A DNA stretch of 64,000 bases from Eledone cirrhosa (GCA_964016885.1 OZ024747.1:23870001-23934000), one strand, 5' to 3'. Shown: positions 49,101 through 60,348, counted from the stretch's first letter. A program made the numbers and translations. Notes: generated by a model not told the origin, from the sequence alone.

Positions 49101-52100
49101 AAGGAAGAGCATTTAGAGTCGTACAATATAGAGGAACAGTGGGAATTCCTGAAAGCAAACCTGCTGATGGCGGCAGACGAAGTCTGTGGCTGGAGCAGGC
49201 CTATAGGCAGGAGGAGAGTAACATGGTGGTGGAGGAGTCAATTAAGGCCAAAAATCAGGCTTGGAAAGTATGGCAGGAAGGGGGAAGTAGAGAAGACTAT
49301 CAAGTGGCCAGGAGGGAAGCTAGGAGACAAGTGTACTTCACAAGAAGGGAAGCAGAGGAAAGAAAGTTCAAGCATGTTCTACAACGCGAGGTGTTCAGGA
49401 TTGCTAGGCAATGTGTCAAGGAAAACCGTGATATTGTCGGGGAGAAGTGTGTACTTAATGATGATGGTGTACTTGCCATCACTGAGGCTGATAAGAAGGT
49501 AGCTTGGAAGTGTCACTACGAAAGGCTACTAAATGAGGAGAATAAATGGGAGAAAGACAGTCTCCCCCACATCGACCCAATAGAGGAACCAGCAGTGTTA
49601 GTCGAAGGTAGTATAATAAGTAAGGCAATCAAAAATATGAAGACGGGTAAGGCGGCTGGGCCTTCGGAAATAGTTGCTGAAATGCTGAAAGCTTCTGGAA
49701 CGGTGGGACACACCATGGTCACCCGGATAGTAAACCAAGTCATATAGAATGGGGTTCTTCCGAAGGACTGGCGTAGCAGCATCATCGTTAACTGCTACAA
49801 GGGTAAAGGAGATGCCCTAGATAGGAGTAACTATAGAGGCATTATATTAATCGACCAGGTCATGAAGGTCACAGAAAAAGTAATAGCGCAACTAATCAGA
49901 GAGAGAATTGATCTAGATGAAATGCAGTTCGGGTTTGTGTCAGGCAAAAGTACCACAGACGCTCTTTTCATTGTACGACAACTACAGAAGTACCTAGCTA
50001 AAAGTAAACCCCTACACTTAGCGTTTGTCGACTTGGAGAAAGCCTTCGACAGAGTCCCCCGTTCCATTATCTGGTGGGCTCTTAGAAAACTAGGTGTTGA
50101 TGAATGGCTTGTGAGAGCTATACAAGCCATGTATAAAGAAACAGTCAGCGAATATAGTGAAGAGTTTAGCGTAAAAGTTGGTGTTCATCAGGGCTCCGTT
50201 CTTAGCCCCCTACTATTTATTATTGCCCTTCAGGCTATAACAGTGGAGTTCAAGACTGGCTGCCCATGGGAACTCCTATACGCAGATGATCTAACGCTCA
50301 TAGCTGAATCAATGGCCGAACTAGAGAAGAAATTCCAAACATGGAAGCATGGCCTAGAATCAAAAGGCCTTAAAATTAACCTGTCTAAGACTAAAGTTCT
50401 AGTTTGTAGGAAGGAAAATAGGGCGCTGGTCCCATCCGGGAAATGGCCATGCTCAGTGTGTAGGAAAGGAGTAGGTAGAAACTCCATTTTATGTCCCAAA
50501 TGCAGAGTATGGGTGCATAAAAGATGTAGTGGGATCACAGGTAAGCTAACTAAGAACATAGATTTTATATGTAGCCGGTGCTCTGGTGCAATAAGTAGCA
50601 GCAAGTGCCCACAGAATACTAGCTCTTTCAATTGCACAGATGGTTCTATAGAAATAGTGGACAGCTTCCGTTACCTGGGTGACAAAATCAGCAGTGGGGG
50701 AGGGTGCTCTGAAAGTACAGTAGCTAGAGTCAGAACTGGATGGAAAAAGTTCAGAGAACTTATACCACTATTAGCCGCTAAAGGGTTCTCCCTAAAAATG
50801 AAAGGCAGGCTGTATGATGCCTGCATATAAACAGCAATGTTGCATGGCAGTGAGACCTGGGCATTGTGTGCAGAGGATATACACAGACTAGAGAGGAACG
50901 AAGCTTGCATGCTCCGCTGGATGTGTAACAGTAATATACGTGAACGGCAAAGCATAAACGAACTAAGGGAAAAATTAGAAATAAGAGGGATCAGATGTTT
51001 ACTCGAGAGAAGGCTACGTTGGTATGGTTACGTGATGCGCATGAAAGATGACAACTGTATAAAAAAGTGCAGGGCAATAAAAATAGACGGTAGCCACGGA
51101 GTAGGCAGACCCAGAAAAACCTGGGACGACTTGATAAATTTTGACCTCACACACTTACACCTCTCCAAGACAATGTCACTGGACCGAGATCTTTGGCGCT
51201 ACACAGTAATAGAGAAGACCCACCTTACCTAATACAAAGTAAAACCTACTACAGTCAGTAGGCACCTCTCTAACAAAATACACCCCCGTCCCACTACCCC
51301 CACCCCATCCACACCACCCCCTTTCGATGTTAAGTTATGTTGGTACCACAACATCTAGTCCGAAACAAATGAGGTCGTGTAGGTGTCACGACAAATAAAC
51401 AAACAGTCCACGCTGTAATGTGGCTGTGTAGGTAACACGGTAAAAACCTCCCAGTTCCACACTGTAAATGTGGTTGGTGTTAGGAAGGGCATCCAGCCGT
51501 AGAAAACCCGCCAGACAGTCCTATGTGAGCAAGACAACCACTCTTGCCTCAAGTGGGAAAACTCCCGTCCAAACCCATGCAAGCGTGGAAGATGGACGTT
51601 AAACGATGATGATGATGATGATATATATGTATGCCAGCACGGAAAACAGGTGTTAAATGATGATGATGGGCTTCCTTATGGTTTCTATCTACCAAATTCA
51701 CTCACAAGGCATCATTTGGCCCAGAGCTATAAAACAAAAAATAGTTTTGAAGCAAATAGTAAATAAATTATATTTGAATGCATTGCCAATGAAGACTATA
51801 ACAATAAAAACAACTTTTGTAAGAAAATGTAAGAGAATGATAAAAAAAACAAAACAAATCAAAATAAATCTTACCGGCTGGATACCGTTTCCATTTCTTT
51901 AGATTCTGTCACAAGAAGTGGATTAAAACGTACTCTCTCCAGCATTGGCTACAAGATATATTTTGTATAGAAGATATATATATTTATGCCAACAACCCTT
52001 ACTACATTTTTAATGAAAAACGGTTTGTTTGAATTAGGGTGATGAAGTAATATAACTAACTTACACCTTATTAAGTTGGCATTAGAGTACAAGTTAACAA

Positions 52101-55100
52101 AGGTTCTTACATAATATAACTGAATATTTTTTTTAGATAAATATAAACAATTTAAAGTAAACAGCTTAGTATCATTGGACTAAGGGTAGTTTCAGGTGGT
52201 TTGGTATCAAACGGTTTAATAAAGAATTTTGGAAGAATTTACTAAGATTGTTAATTATTTCATTATTAAGCTAGTATTTATAGCAAACAAAAAATTCTAT
52301 CAAATTTTTTAAAGAAGATTTAAATTTAAATAGGAACCTTTTAAAATGTGTGGTTTTGTTTTATCGAATCAGAGGTGGTTTTGGGTGGATTAGAAGGTGG
52401 GTGGGATATATTCGTAAATGTAACTGGAAACTTGTGTTTTACCTTCACTATTGCCTTGTAAATGTTTCGGTTCTCTTCTCGTCTTGCAAAGTTACGGAGA
52501 AAAATCAAGAAATTACAGGGGTACATTCCATACAGACGGTAGAAAAAAGCATACAGAGCAGCTTTCAGATGTATTACAAAAATCTTGGGAACATTTCCTA
52601 CAAGACAAAGAAAGAATTTCATTATGAAACTTAATGACTAAGTGGAAGTTGTGGTAGAGAAAGACCAAGGGAGATGTGGGTAGAAGTGATGAAAGTACAG
52701 CAGAAGAAAGAGACAAGTGAAGATGACTCATCTAACCTATGCAAGCATTGACAAACTGATGTAAAAATGATGATAATTAAGAAGCAAATGATGAGGGATT
52801 TAGCAAGAAATATTCTGTATTGTGAAATCTCCCTCAAATCACACCTCACTGCCTTTGTGTGTGTTTTATGTATGTAGTTATTAGTTAATAACGGAAATCT
52901 TTACATGATAGTCAGATTGAATAGAAATAGCAAACAAACCATCCTCAAACCACACCTTCTTGTCAAATATATGTATGTATGTGTGTGTGTGTGTATGAGC
53001 CAATGAAGGAGGCTGCTGCATGATAGTCTTAGAAATATCAACCAAATCTCCCCAACAAGGAAGACTGTTACATGGTAGTCAGAGATACTTTACATTACAA
53101 CATTGTGTATCCTAACCCCACTAAAGCCACAATCCAGCATTACAAGTATAAAAGTAGTCTGATGTTTAAGCTTAAAACTTTGGTAAAAATCTTACCTGGC
53201 TTTTCACAGGAGAACTCTGCAACTCTACCAAACATCTCAAAGAAGTCAGTAAGGTATGGCATTGTGTGTTTTGGTAAGACAGGCATGAGGGCTGAGAGAA
53301 TGGTTAAACCAGTCATCAAGACAGGGACGTCAGTGTCAGTCTAGAAGGAGAAACAATATACAAGGAAAACATTCTTAGAAAAAAAATTCAATCAATTAAA
53401 CTTGAATAAAAAAAAAATCAATATTTTAAAAAATACATAAATATCTTTTGTTATGTTTAACTCTTTCATTGCCATATTTCTGATGAAAGACGTTCCTTAT
53501 GATTTTGAAATAACTTAGACAATCAAGAATTTGGAGGGATTAGTAATATAACTAACTTTTTCATTAAGTTGGTGTTTGGAACATAACTTAAGAAAGGTTC
53601 TTAATATAAGCATTTTACAATATGTATATATGTATAAAAGTTTTGTTTCAGCAAAAGAATCTTGGATGGTATCTGGTTTACTTGATTACTACCTCACTAC
53701 ACATTCAGATGAGGCTCTCAAAATGTTGTCTGCCATTAACAAGCAACATGAAAAGGTCAGTGCTAGGTTTTTCTTTTGCTGTTGATCTATTACAGGGGAC
53801 CATAAAACGAAGAGCAGTTTCAACAGTCTGCTCTCTTGCACACCACTTTGGATTCTTCTTAAACCCAGTTTCTCCCTCAGTTTATCCAAGCTCTGCTTTT
53901 CTCTCACATTTATATTGCACATCCAAACAAAGCATGGTTGTTTGATTTCTCTCCACCCTATGCATGTCCTCTGTAGTCACTGCCCATGTTTTACCATGCA
54001 GCATCGCACTTCACACACAGGCATCATACAGTCGTCCTTTTGTATATTGGGAGAAACCTTTTGCTGCCAACAGTGGGAGTAGCTCTCTTAACTTCTTCCA
54101 TCCTATCTTTATTCTAGCTATTAAGCTCCCAAAAGCACCCTCCTCCACAGCTAATTAGGTCACCTAAAGGCAATATATTGTTTACAAAAATATGATAATG
54201 AAAAGGTTAGCAAGTGTGTGACCAATGTGAAAAGTATGGAAAACTGTGACTTAGAATAAGTATAAAAAAGGGTAAAACAAACCTTAACACATTTGATGAT
54301 GTCATAGAAGAGATGTGCATTTCCAATCTGGTAGAGCCATTGTGGTTCCTCGCCAACAGCGTACAGTACGATTCGAAGAATTGGCAAGCGGTGGTCTGCA
54401 AACTTCATACTCTCATGTAGCTTGTCTAGTAATACCTAGTCAGATAATAAATTGTCTAAAATGTAGTAAGGGTTGCAATGAAGTTATAATTTTAGCCAAC
54501 CATACAACAGTATATATTTACTTATTTTTTATACACGTCTGGTGTTGATGTGGGAGTCAAGTATCCCATGAAGGGGTTGATGGTCTAAAAAGTTTATGGT
54601 CCCCTGTAATAGATCACCAGCAAAAGAAAAACCTAGCACTGACCTTTTCATGTTGCTTGTTAATGGCAGACAACATTTTGAGAGCCTCATCTGAATGTGT
54701 AGTGAGGTAGTAATCAAGTAAACCAGATACCATCCAAGATTCTTTTGCTGAAACAAAACATTTATACATACATACATAAGTTAAGTAAATAGATGCAGGC
54801 ATGGTTAACCCTTTAGCATTTACATTACATTATATATACTGCTATATTTTCACAGTAAAGGCTTTATCTTATATATTTATCTGACATAATATCGAATCAA
54901 TGAGATTTTGATATTATTTATTTTAAGAACAATACCTTAACATCAGTATAGGCGGCTGGCTAGAGCCGGTTTGTACAGAAAGAGGTGAGAGAACTCTGGC
55001 CAGATACAGCCAGTTTAAATGCTAAAGGATTAAGGAGTTCACTTTTCAACTATATGGTTCCAGTTTCTGTCATACTGTGTGACACCTTCAGCAAATGTCT

Positions 55101-56267
55101 TTTACCATAGACTCAGACAGACCAATGCTTTGTGAGTGAAATTTTGTAGACAGAAACTGTCAGGAAGCCCACTATGCATATGTGTGAGTGCAAGTGTATG
55201 AGTGTGTTTATGTTCACTGTTTACCATATATCTTGTAACTTAGCAGTTTGACAAGAAAGAGATTGATAAATAAGTGCCAGACTTAAAAAAAAAGTACTGA
55301 TGTTATTATGATCAACTAAATCCCCTCAAGGTGCAATTCCAGCAGTGACACAGTCTAATGACTGAAACAAGTAAAAGAGTATGTGTGAATGCATGTATAT
55401 AGTGCTGGTAGCATGATAAATTGCACCCAGTACACCCTGTAAAATGGTTAGTGTTCAGGAGGTCATCCAGCCATAGAAGCCATGCCAAACAAAGGATTGA
55501 GAGGATTCTTTGTGTGAAGGACATGACAAATTCTCACTGGCGTCCACAATAACATATCCCTATCCACCGGAGAAACCAAGCCAAAACCAGAACATAGGTA
55601 AGCAAGATGTGGGTTCCTAGCCTATGGTGAGAGGATAGTAACTCCAATTAAGTACTGAGTTGATCCATATGTATCATCATCATTTTATGTCCGCTTTTCC
55701 CTGCTTGCAAGGGTCGGACGGGAACTGATTCTGGCTTGATTTCTACAGCTGGATGCCCTTCCTAACACCAACCTCATTTACAGTGAGTGCTGGGTGCTTT
55801 GCAGTGGAATGATAGGGACCCCAGTCCCTATCATCTCATTTCTACAGCTGAGTAAACTGGAGCAATGTGAAATAAAGTGTCTTGCTCAAGGAAACAACAC
55901 ATCACCTGGTCTGAGAATTGAACTCACAACCTTTCGATTGCAAACCCAATGCTCTAACCACTAAGCCATGTGCCTCCATTTATAAATATGGAACGCTTCA
56001 CGAATTTGCGTGTCATCCTTATATGTATATATATATACACACATACAAACATACACACAGACGTATGAGAGAGAGAGAAAGAGAGAGAGTGGCAAATGAC
56101 TTACTCGTACGCAGGTTTTCTTGTATAAGTTGTCGAGTCTGACTGACCACAGCCAGGTCATTATTGTCCAAGAGATTAAACAACTGTTTCACATTGACCT
56201 CATGTACAATTGAAGAACTGTTGCTGGCAATGCTACTCTGACAGTCTGTAGCCATTCTGTCCGGCAT
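31823..56267 (-). CDS. TSC1: Hamartin / TSC complex subunit 1; 21 coding exons, about 1052 aa
   Basis: Hallmarks LLDYYL, IHLKAALYAFFYRLYGMYPCNFLIFL, PMLERVRFNPLLVT, WWSPS...TPP, LMQNQLIYERLQRE and a C-terminal coiled coil. Exons total 3159 nt in one frame. Confidence 0.96.
32390..33480 (+). mobile_element. Highly degenerate RTE-like LINE fragment
   Basis: Frameshifted remnants FVIFIDSTKAFNSV, GVKQGCVLIP, WVGHV, RIPKIVLYSEL. Confidence 0.7.
33671..33785 (-). CDS. TSC1: TSC1 coding exon 20
   Basis: VSEAKFDSVMKVNQNLQSHILKLRGEI... Confidence 0.87.
34403..34471 (-). CDS. TSC1: TSC1 coding exon 19
   Basis: DITVEELKKCLDGVRNKFGEQIR; GTAAGT donor. Confidence 0.85.
34558..34895. repeat. Degenerate short-period repeat (GTCATAGTGTTATAGCTAGT-like)
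   Basis: Recurring GTCATAGT and GTTATAG words. Confidence 0.8.
35047..35135 (-). CDS. TSC1: TSC1 coding exon 18
   Basis: ELKKCLQQREVVAENWKSRWQELDENNKSK. Confidence 0.85.
35168..35601. repeat. 48/45-bp minisatellite, about 9 copies
   Basis: Unit TTTACAGGTATAACAACAGTCTACATGTTATACATGGTATATCTACAG. Confidence 0.97.
36014..36155 (-). CDS. TSC1: TSC1 coding exon 17
   Basis: MFLLQKELLLMGELQQRYQEKL...; conserved LLxxGE block. Confidence 0.9.
36140..39478. repeat. 127/128-bp tandem array (about 3 plus 15.5 copies) split by a LINE
   Basis: Unit start AGACAGATACC recurs at 37501, 37628, 37756 and onward. Confidence 0.97.
36525..37498 (+). mobile_element. 5'-truncated CR1/L2-group LINE inserted in a satellite
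   Basis: DLGITV...LYTAMVRPHLEFASSVWNPY...LETVQRRATK; duplicated 3' UTR segment; (ATT)n tail; no TSD. Confidence 0.9.
39611..39706 (-). CDS. TSC1: TSC1 coding exon 16
   Basis: NFQEANQKLFQAEKRLELMKKQVSDKEKLKEQ. Confidence 0.9.
40076..40172 (-). CDS. TSC1: TSC1 coding exon 15
   Basis: VSQAFCEKLKAENELLKNDLSEREKMAKEDRN. Confidence 0.88.
40261..41553 (-). mobile_element. RTE derivative: 3' ORF end and UTR (40261-40933) joined to a probable RTE 5' region (about 40950-41553)
   Basis: RWMCNSNIRE...GRPRKTW plus (GAT)n tail. Assignment of the upstream part is inferred. Confidence 0.75.
41699..41744 (-). ncRNA. Minimal type I hammerhead-ribozyme-like motif
   Basis: GATCATC CTGATGA GAAC-loop-GTTC GAA ATGCAT C AATGATT. 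Confidence 0.55.
41991..42121 (-). CDS. TSC1: TSC1 coding exon 14
   Basis: LDQLRLQEKEIRDLQETIKKLQE...; coiled coil. Confidence 0.92.
42237..42603. repeat. 62-bp minisatellite, about 6 copies
   Basis: CACATATCTGAAACAGTG recurs at 42299, 42361, 42423, 42485. Confidence 0.95.
42683..42849 (-). CDS. TSC1: TSC1 coding exon 13
   Basis: SPPADDLSILQNQIILMQNQLIYERLQRE...LKEQNSAI. Confidence 0.95.
42915..43092 (+). mobile_element. Short SINE-like family (copies also at about 592-810, 14588-14762, 31430-31545, 56810-57000)
   Basis: B-box GAGTTCAAATCC, core AACTTTGCCTTTCATCCTTACGGGGTCGATAAAATAAAGTAC, tail GCCTTGTGCCAAAAGTAGAAACAAT. Confidence 0.8.
43369..43515 (-). CDS. TSC1: TSC1 coding exon 12
   Basis: LSPVEILDKLLSRGAAQHDKELSQLP...FGG. 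Confidence 0.94.
44287..44853 (-). CDS. TSC1: TSC1 coding exon 11
   Basis: 567-nt open exon (ORF 44255-44842) bounded by CAG and GTAAGT. Confidence 0.9.
45377..45509 (-). CDS. TSC1: TSC1 coding exon 10
   Basis: RPLQATKVTPVSCSSSPVEERKAPE...; open frame, phase-consistent. Confidence 0.8.
46659..46699 (-). CDS. TSC1: TSC1 coding exon 9 (41 nt)
   Basis: HHSCSKMASCDME; TAG/GTAAGT; needed to restore phase. Confidence 0.75.
46929..47165. repeat. 41-bp minisatellite, about 5.5 copies
   Basis: Unit GTAGTGTGATTCCAGCTTTGCTGGGTCTTATCTACAGTAAT. Confidence 0.93.
47810..47998 (-). CDS. TSC1: TSC1 coding exon 8
   Basis: ...LWWSPSLDAHLSTPPMS... Confidence 0.9.
48236..48456 (-). CDS. TSC1: TSC1 coding exon 7
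   Basis: WHSKETHDILASCTSLILDPIE...; GTAAGT donor. Confidence 0.92.
48966..49084. repeat. 57-bp-arm hairpin with 5-nt loop
   Basis: 48966-49022 is the reverse complement of 49028-49084 with 5 mismatches. Confidence 0.93.
49094..51622 (+). mobile_element. 5'-truncated RTE-clade LINE with stops
   Basis: RT motifs QFGF, FVDLEKAFD, GVHQGSVLSP, YADD; GRPRKTW C-terminus; (GAT)n tail. Confidence 0.95.
51875..51948 (-). CDS. TSC1: TSC1 coding exon 6
   Basis: PMLERVRFNPLLVTESKEMETVSS. Confidence 0.94.
52443..52597 (-). CDS. TSC1: TSC1 coding exon 5
   Basis: NVPKIFVIHLKAALYAFFYRLYGMYPCNFLIFLR. Confidence 0.96.
53196..53340 (-). CDS. TSC1: TSC1 coding exon 4
   Basis: TDTDVPVLMTGLTILSALMPVLP...DFFEMFGR. 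Confidence 0.94.
53621..53806 (+). repeat. Inverted duplicate of TSC1 exon 2 plus flanking intron (partner at 54593-54778)
   Basis: About 186 bp reverse-complement match with 3 mismatches, all intronic. Confidence 0.95.
53807..54160 (-). mobile_element. RTE ORF fragment abutting the inverted exon copy
   Basis: GWKKLRELLPLLAAKGFS...LYDACV...MCNINVREKQS. Confidence 0.85.
54283..54435 (-). CDS. TSC1: TSC1 coding exon 3
   Basis: VLLDKLHESMK...PQWLYQI...IIKCVK. Confidence 0.93.
54644..54747 (-). CDS. TSC1: TSC1 coding exon 2
   Basis: KESWMVSGLLDYYLTTHSDEALKMLSAINKQHEK. Confidence 0.93.
54795..55381 (+). mobile_element. Second SINE family with a CR1-like tail, interrupted by a MITE
   Basis: Degenerate tRNA-like head; ends TGACTGAAACAAGTAAAAGAGTA, like the LINE tail at 63301-63365. 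Confidence 0.7.
54809..55029 (-). mobile_element. piggyBac-type MITE nested in the head of a SINE
   Basis: TTAA TSDs at 54805-54808 and 55030-55033; TIRs present. Confidence 0.88.
55674..55978 (-). mobile_element. tRNA-derived SINE with RTE-type tail, abutting the U6 fragment
   Basis: Same family, small internal deletion. Confidence 0.88.
55984..56020 (-). pseudogene. U6 snRNA 3' fragment (37 nt)
   Basis: Reverse complement AAGGATGACACGCAAATTCGTGAAGCGTTCCATATTT matches the conserved U6 3' end. Confidence 0.92.
56105..56267 (-). CDS. TSC1: TSC1 coding exon 1
   Basis: MPDRMATD...VKQLFNLLDNNDL...IQENLRT; GTAAGT donor; acceptor at 56306-56307. Confidence 0.88.
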
Positions 56268-56492
56268 TCTAGCTCACTTGATACACTCGATAGCAGCAAA
56301 GACGCCTGAAAACACATACAAATAATAATAATAATAATCATACAATAACAACAAGAATTTTAAAGTAATTTCCCATGCTAAGGCAAGGTTTAGCCATGCA
56401 GGCCCCATAACAAGCTTCTTCATTTTGCCCTATCAATTACATCCCCCTTCAACCAACTCCCTGGCTCTCATTTCCTCCCCCATCATCTTTAA

Positions 56493-56696
56493 CCCTTTAG
56501 CATTTAAACTAGCCATATCTGGCCAGAATTCTCTCACCTCTTTCTTTTCAAACCGATTGTAATCTGCTGCTCATACTGATGTTAAGGTATTGTTCTCAAA
56601 TAAATAATATCAAAATCTCATAGATTCAATATTATATGAGATAATTATGTGAGGTAAAGTGTTTACTGTGAAAATATAATAGTAAATGCTAAAGGG
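56493..56696 (+). mobile_element. piggyBac-type MITE
   Basis: TTAA CCCTTTAGCATTTA ... TAAATGCTAAAGGG TTAA, perfect TIRs. Confidence 0.9.
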
Positions 56697-57706
56697 TTAA
56701 CCATGTCTCTTTGGTCTTTCCATCAATTCTCACACTGTTACTTACATCCTTGACCCAACTATCTCATTCCATTTCTCTTTACAACATCCATCACGAGCTC
56801 TATTCCCATCTCTAATTCAAGCAAAAGTCCAGCAATATGCGAGGAGAGAGAAGTTAATTAAATTGACCTCAATAATTGACTGGTACTTTATTTTATCAAC
56901 CCCGGAAGGACGAAAGGCAAAGCTGACCTCTGTGGGATTCAGAATGTAAAACACCATAACTAAATACCAAAAAGCATTTTGTCCGATGCTCTTACAGTTC
57001 TCTAAATAATAACAAAGTTTTCTAATTGAAGTAGAAAGCAGGCAATTTTTTGGGGGAAGAGAGTCAAATGGTGAGATGCTGTATTACCCAACTCAATGCC
57101 AGCATGGAAAGACAGACAGACAAAAAACGAGTGCGTGTGTTTGTGTGTGTGAATGTAAATATAATACATTTAGATATAGAGATTAATACCAACCTAAAAT
57201 GAAATCTAGGAATATTCCATCAACATCATTTAGTTTTGGGACACTAAAACTCCTTCCACTAGAATACATCAGACAGACTGTAAAATAAAAAAAATATATA
57301 GTAAAGAATATCAATTATACATTGTCAGCAGATAAACATATACAAATATTAAATATATATATATCACCATCATCAAATATCCATTTTCTCTGCTAGCAAG
57401 GGTTTATAATGTCAACTACGTTATAGAGTGTACTGTCTGAGTTTTATTTAGGCATCAGTACTAGGAAGCTCATTGTCCATTGACTCTACTGAAGAGTTCA
57501 TTCAATGGGGAGGAGGGAATAAGCTGGGGAAAGTAAGAAGGATAATTATATATATAATAAACACATGATGTAACAAGATATGCAAGAATAAAATATGAAG
57601 ATGGGAAAGTATGGAAGCTAAAGGACCTTTCAGTTAAATATAAGTTTAGAAAGGCTTTATGAGATGCATATATATATGCAGATGCATATATATATATATA
57701 TGCAGA

Positions 57707-57762
<56 letters not shown>

Positions 57763-58696
57763 GTGAGCAGAGAGAGACAATCAAGAAAAATTGAGGATTG
57801 AAGTAACTTCACATGAAATGTATATGAATACATATATATAGCTGTGTGGCTTGTATAGTGAAGTCTGCAGAAAGATTAGACTAGTTTAGATAAGAAGTCA
57901 GTACTAACAAATGGATGTCAATCATGGAGGTAAAACAAATAACAATACAAATAAAAAGTTATACAATGATGGAAAAATGAAAAATAAAAATAAAACAAAA
58001 TTAAGTAATGAAAAAACAAGGAAGGGGTAAAAAGCAGGGTAGATCTGGCTGTATGGGAAAGTAGAGGAAAAGTCTATAAATGCCATAAATGAGAGGAAAA
58101 GGAGGGGAAAAGCAAGGACACTTAAGCCACAGAAAAAAAGGAAGGGAAGGGGCGAGAGTGATGGGCTTTGAACCTAGGGCGGGGTGGTGTTTGGGCTACG
58201 CCTCACAAACAAAACTGCAAATACATTTCCGCATACAATGGCCAGTGACACCCACAGCAACAGCCACCTCACTTCATGGGGCTCCTTCTTAAGACAGGTT
58301 GCTGACGTTCTGATTTTGCAGAGCAGCTCGGCAGTACGGGGTCTGAGGATGCCTGAGGTCTTGACGACAACCAGTGCAAAGAGGAAACGGCCAGACAAGA
58401 CCTGGTATTTGTTTGTCTTCCTATCCTCTGCATGGCAGCCCATAGAACGGGGAAGATGGGTATATTATAGGGATCCGTTGATATTATTTCAATGACAACA
58501 GTATTAACTTAAGGCTTAGTACAAAGAATTATATTTCCACTCTGCTTTCTTTAAGTATAGAGTTCTAAGTTGAGTAATTACTGGCCTTAACTTGTCCTAT
58601 CTCATCCATATACATACATTATTTACAGACAGAAGAAGTAATATTCAGTTTCTTAAGCTATATTTAAAAAGTTATTTTTGTGGATGATATAACATA

Positions 58697-58730
<34 letters not shown>

Positions 58731-58731
<1 letters not shown>

Positions 58732-58952
58732 CATCATCATCATCATTTCATTTCACGTCCGCTTTTTCCTGCTTACAAGGGTGGGACGGGAACTGATGCT
58801 GGCTTGATTTCTACAGCTGGATGCCCTTCCTAACACCAACCTCATTTACAGGGAGTGCTGGGTGCTTTTTTGCCGTGGCACCTTCACTACCACTTTACAG
58901 TGGACTGATAATGACCCCAGTCCCTATCATCTCATTTCTACAGCTGAGTAAA
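58731..58952 (-). mobile_element. 5'-truncated SINE copy
   Basis: 3' two-thirds of the family, between TA microsatellites. Confidence 0.82.
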
Positions 58953-59016
58953 TATACATATAAATATATATATATACATATATATATATACATATATATA
59001 TATACATATATATACA

Positions 59017-59058
<42 letters not shown>

Positions 59059-59169
59059 CATATATATACATATATATATACATATATATATACATATATA
59101 TACATATATATATACATATATATACATATATACATATATATACATATATATATATATATACATATATAC

Positions 59170-59254
<85 letters not shown>

Positions 59255-59313
59255 CATATATATACATATATATATATACATATATATACATATATATATA
59301 TACATATATATAC

Positions 59314-59354
<41 letters not shown>

Positions 59355-59383
59355 TATACATATATATATATACATATATATAC

Positions 59384-59424
<41 letters not shown>

Positions 59425-59555
59425 TATACATATATATATATACATATATATACATATATATACATATATATATATACATATATATACATATATATACATA
59501 TATATATATACATATATATACATATATATACATATATATACATATATATATATAC

Positions 59556-59601
<46 letters not shown>

Positions 59602-59861
59602 GTATATATATGTATATATATATATATATGTATATATATGTATACATATATATACATATATATATACATATATATACATATATATATACATATATATACA
59701 TATATATACATATATATACATATATATACATATATATATATATACATATATATACATATATATACATATATATATACATACATATATATACATATATATA
59801 TACATATATATACATATATATATACATATATATACATATATATATATATACATATATATAC

Positions 59862-59914
<53 letters not shown>

Positions 59915-59925
59915 CATATATATAC

Positions 59926-59998
<73 letters not shown>

Positions 59999-60009
59999 CA
60001 TATATATAC

Positions 60010-60042
<33 letters not shown>

Positions 60043-60043
60043 C

Positions 60044-60133
<90 letters not shown>
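58953..60133. repeat. (TA)n/(TACA) compound microsatellite, about 1.2 kb
   Basis: Directly visible; explains the YIYI/HIYT ORFs. Confidence 0.98.
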
Positions 60134-60135
<2 letters not shown>

Positions 60136-60348
60136 CGTTTCTGAATTTGTTTAGCAAGATTCTTTATCTGAAATCGTGTGTTGAAACCGATATTGTTATA
60201 CTTTGGGAGGGTCATGTTGCCAATAAGAAACACACGCACCAGTTGCTTTCACTTCAATTTAATTTATTATATATTTATAAATTTACAAATTTATAAATTT
60301 CTGGTTGGTTGGTTGGTTCCACAACCAGCTAGTTGTTTATATATATAT

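Noticed and set aside
53576-53785. Independent plus-strand TSC1-like gene
   Set aside because: A single isolated exon copy with no partner exons; treated as an inverted duplication.
57940-58495. ORFs 58174-58443 and 58184-58495
   Set aside because: No recognisable domain or splice context. Possibly an L1/Tx1-like 3' remnant, too degenerate to call.
58821-60296. Long ORFs of 390-490 aa rich in Y/I/H/T
   Set aside because: Translations of a (TA)n/(TACA) microsatellite in several frames; no coding signal.
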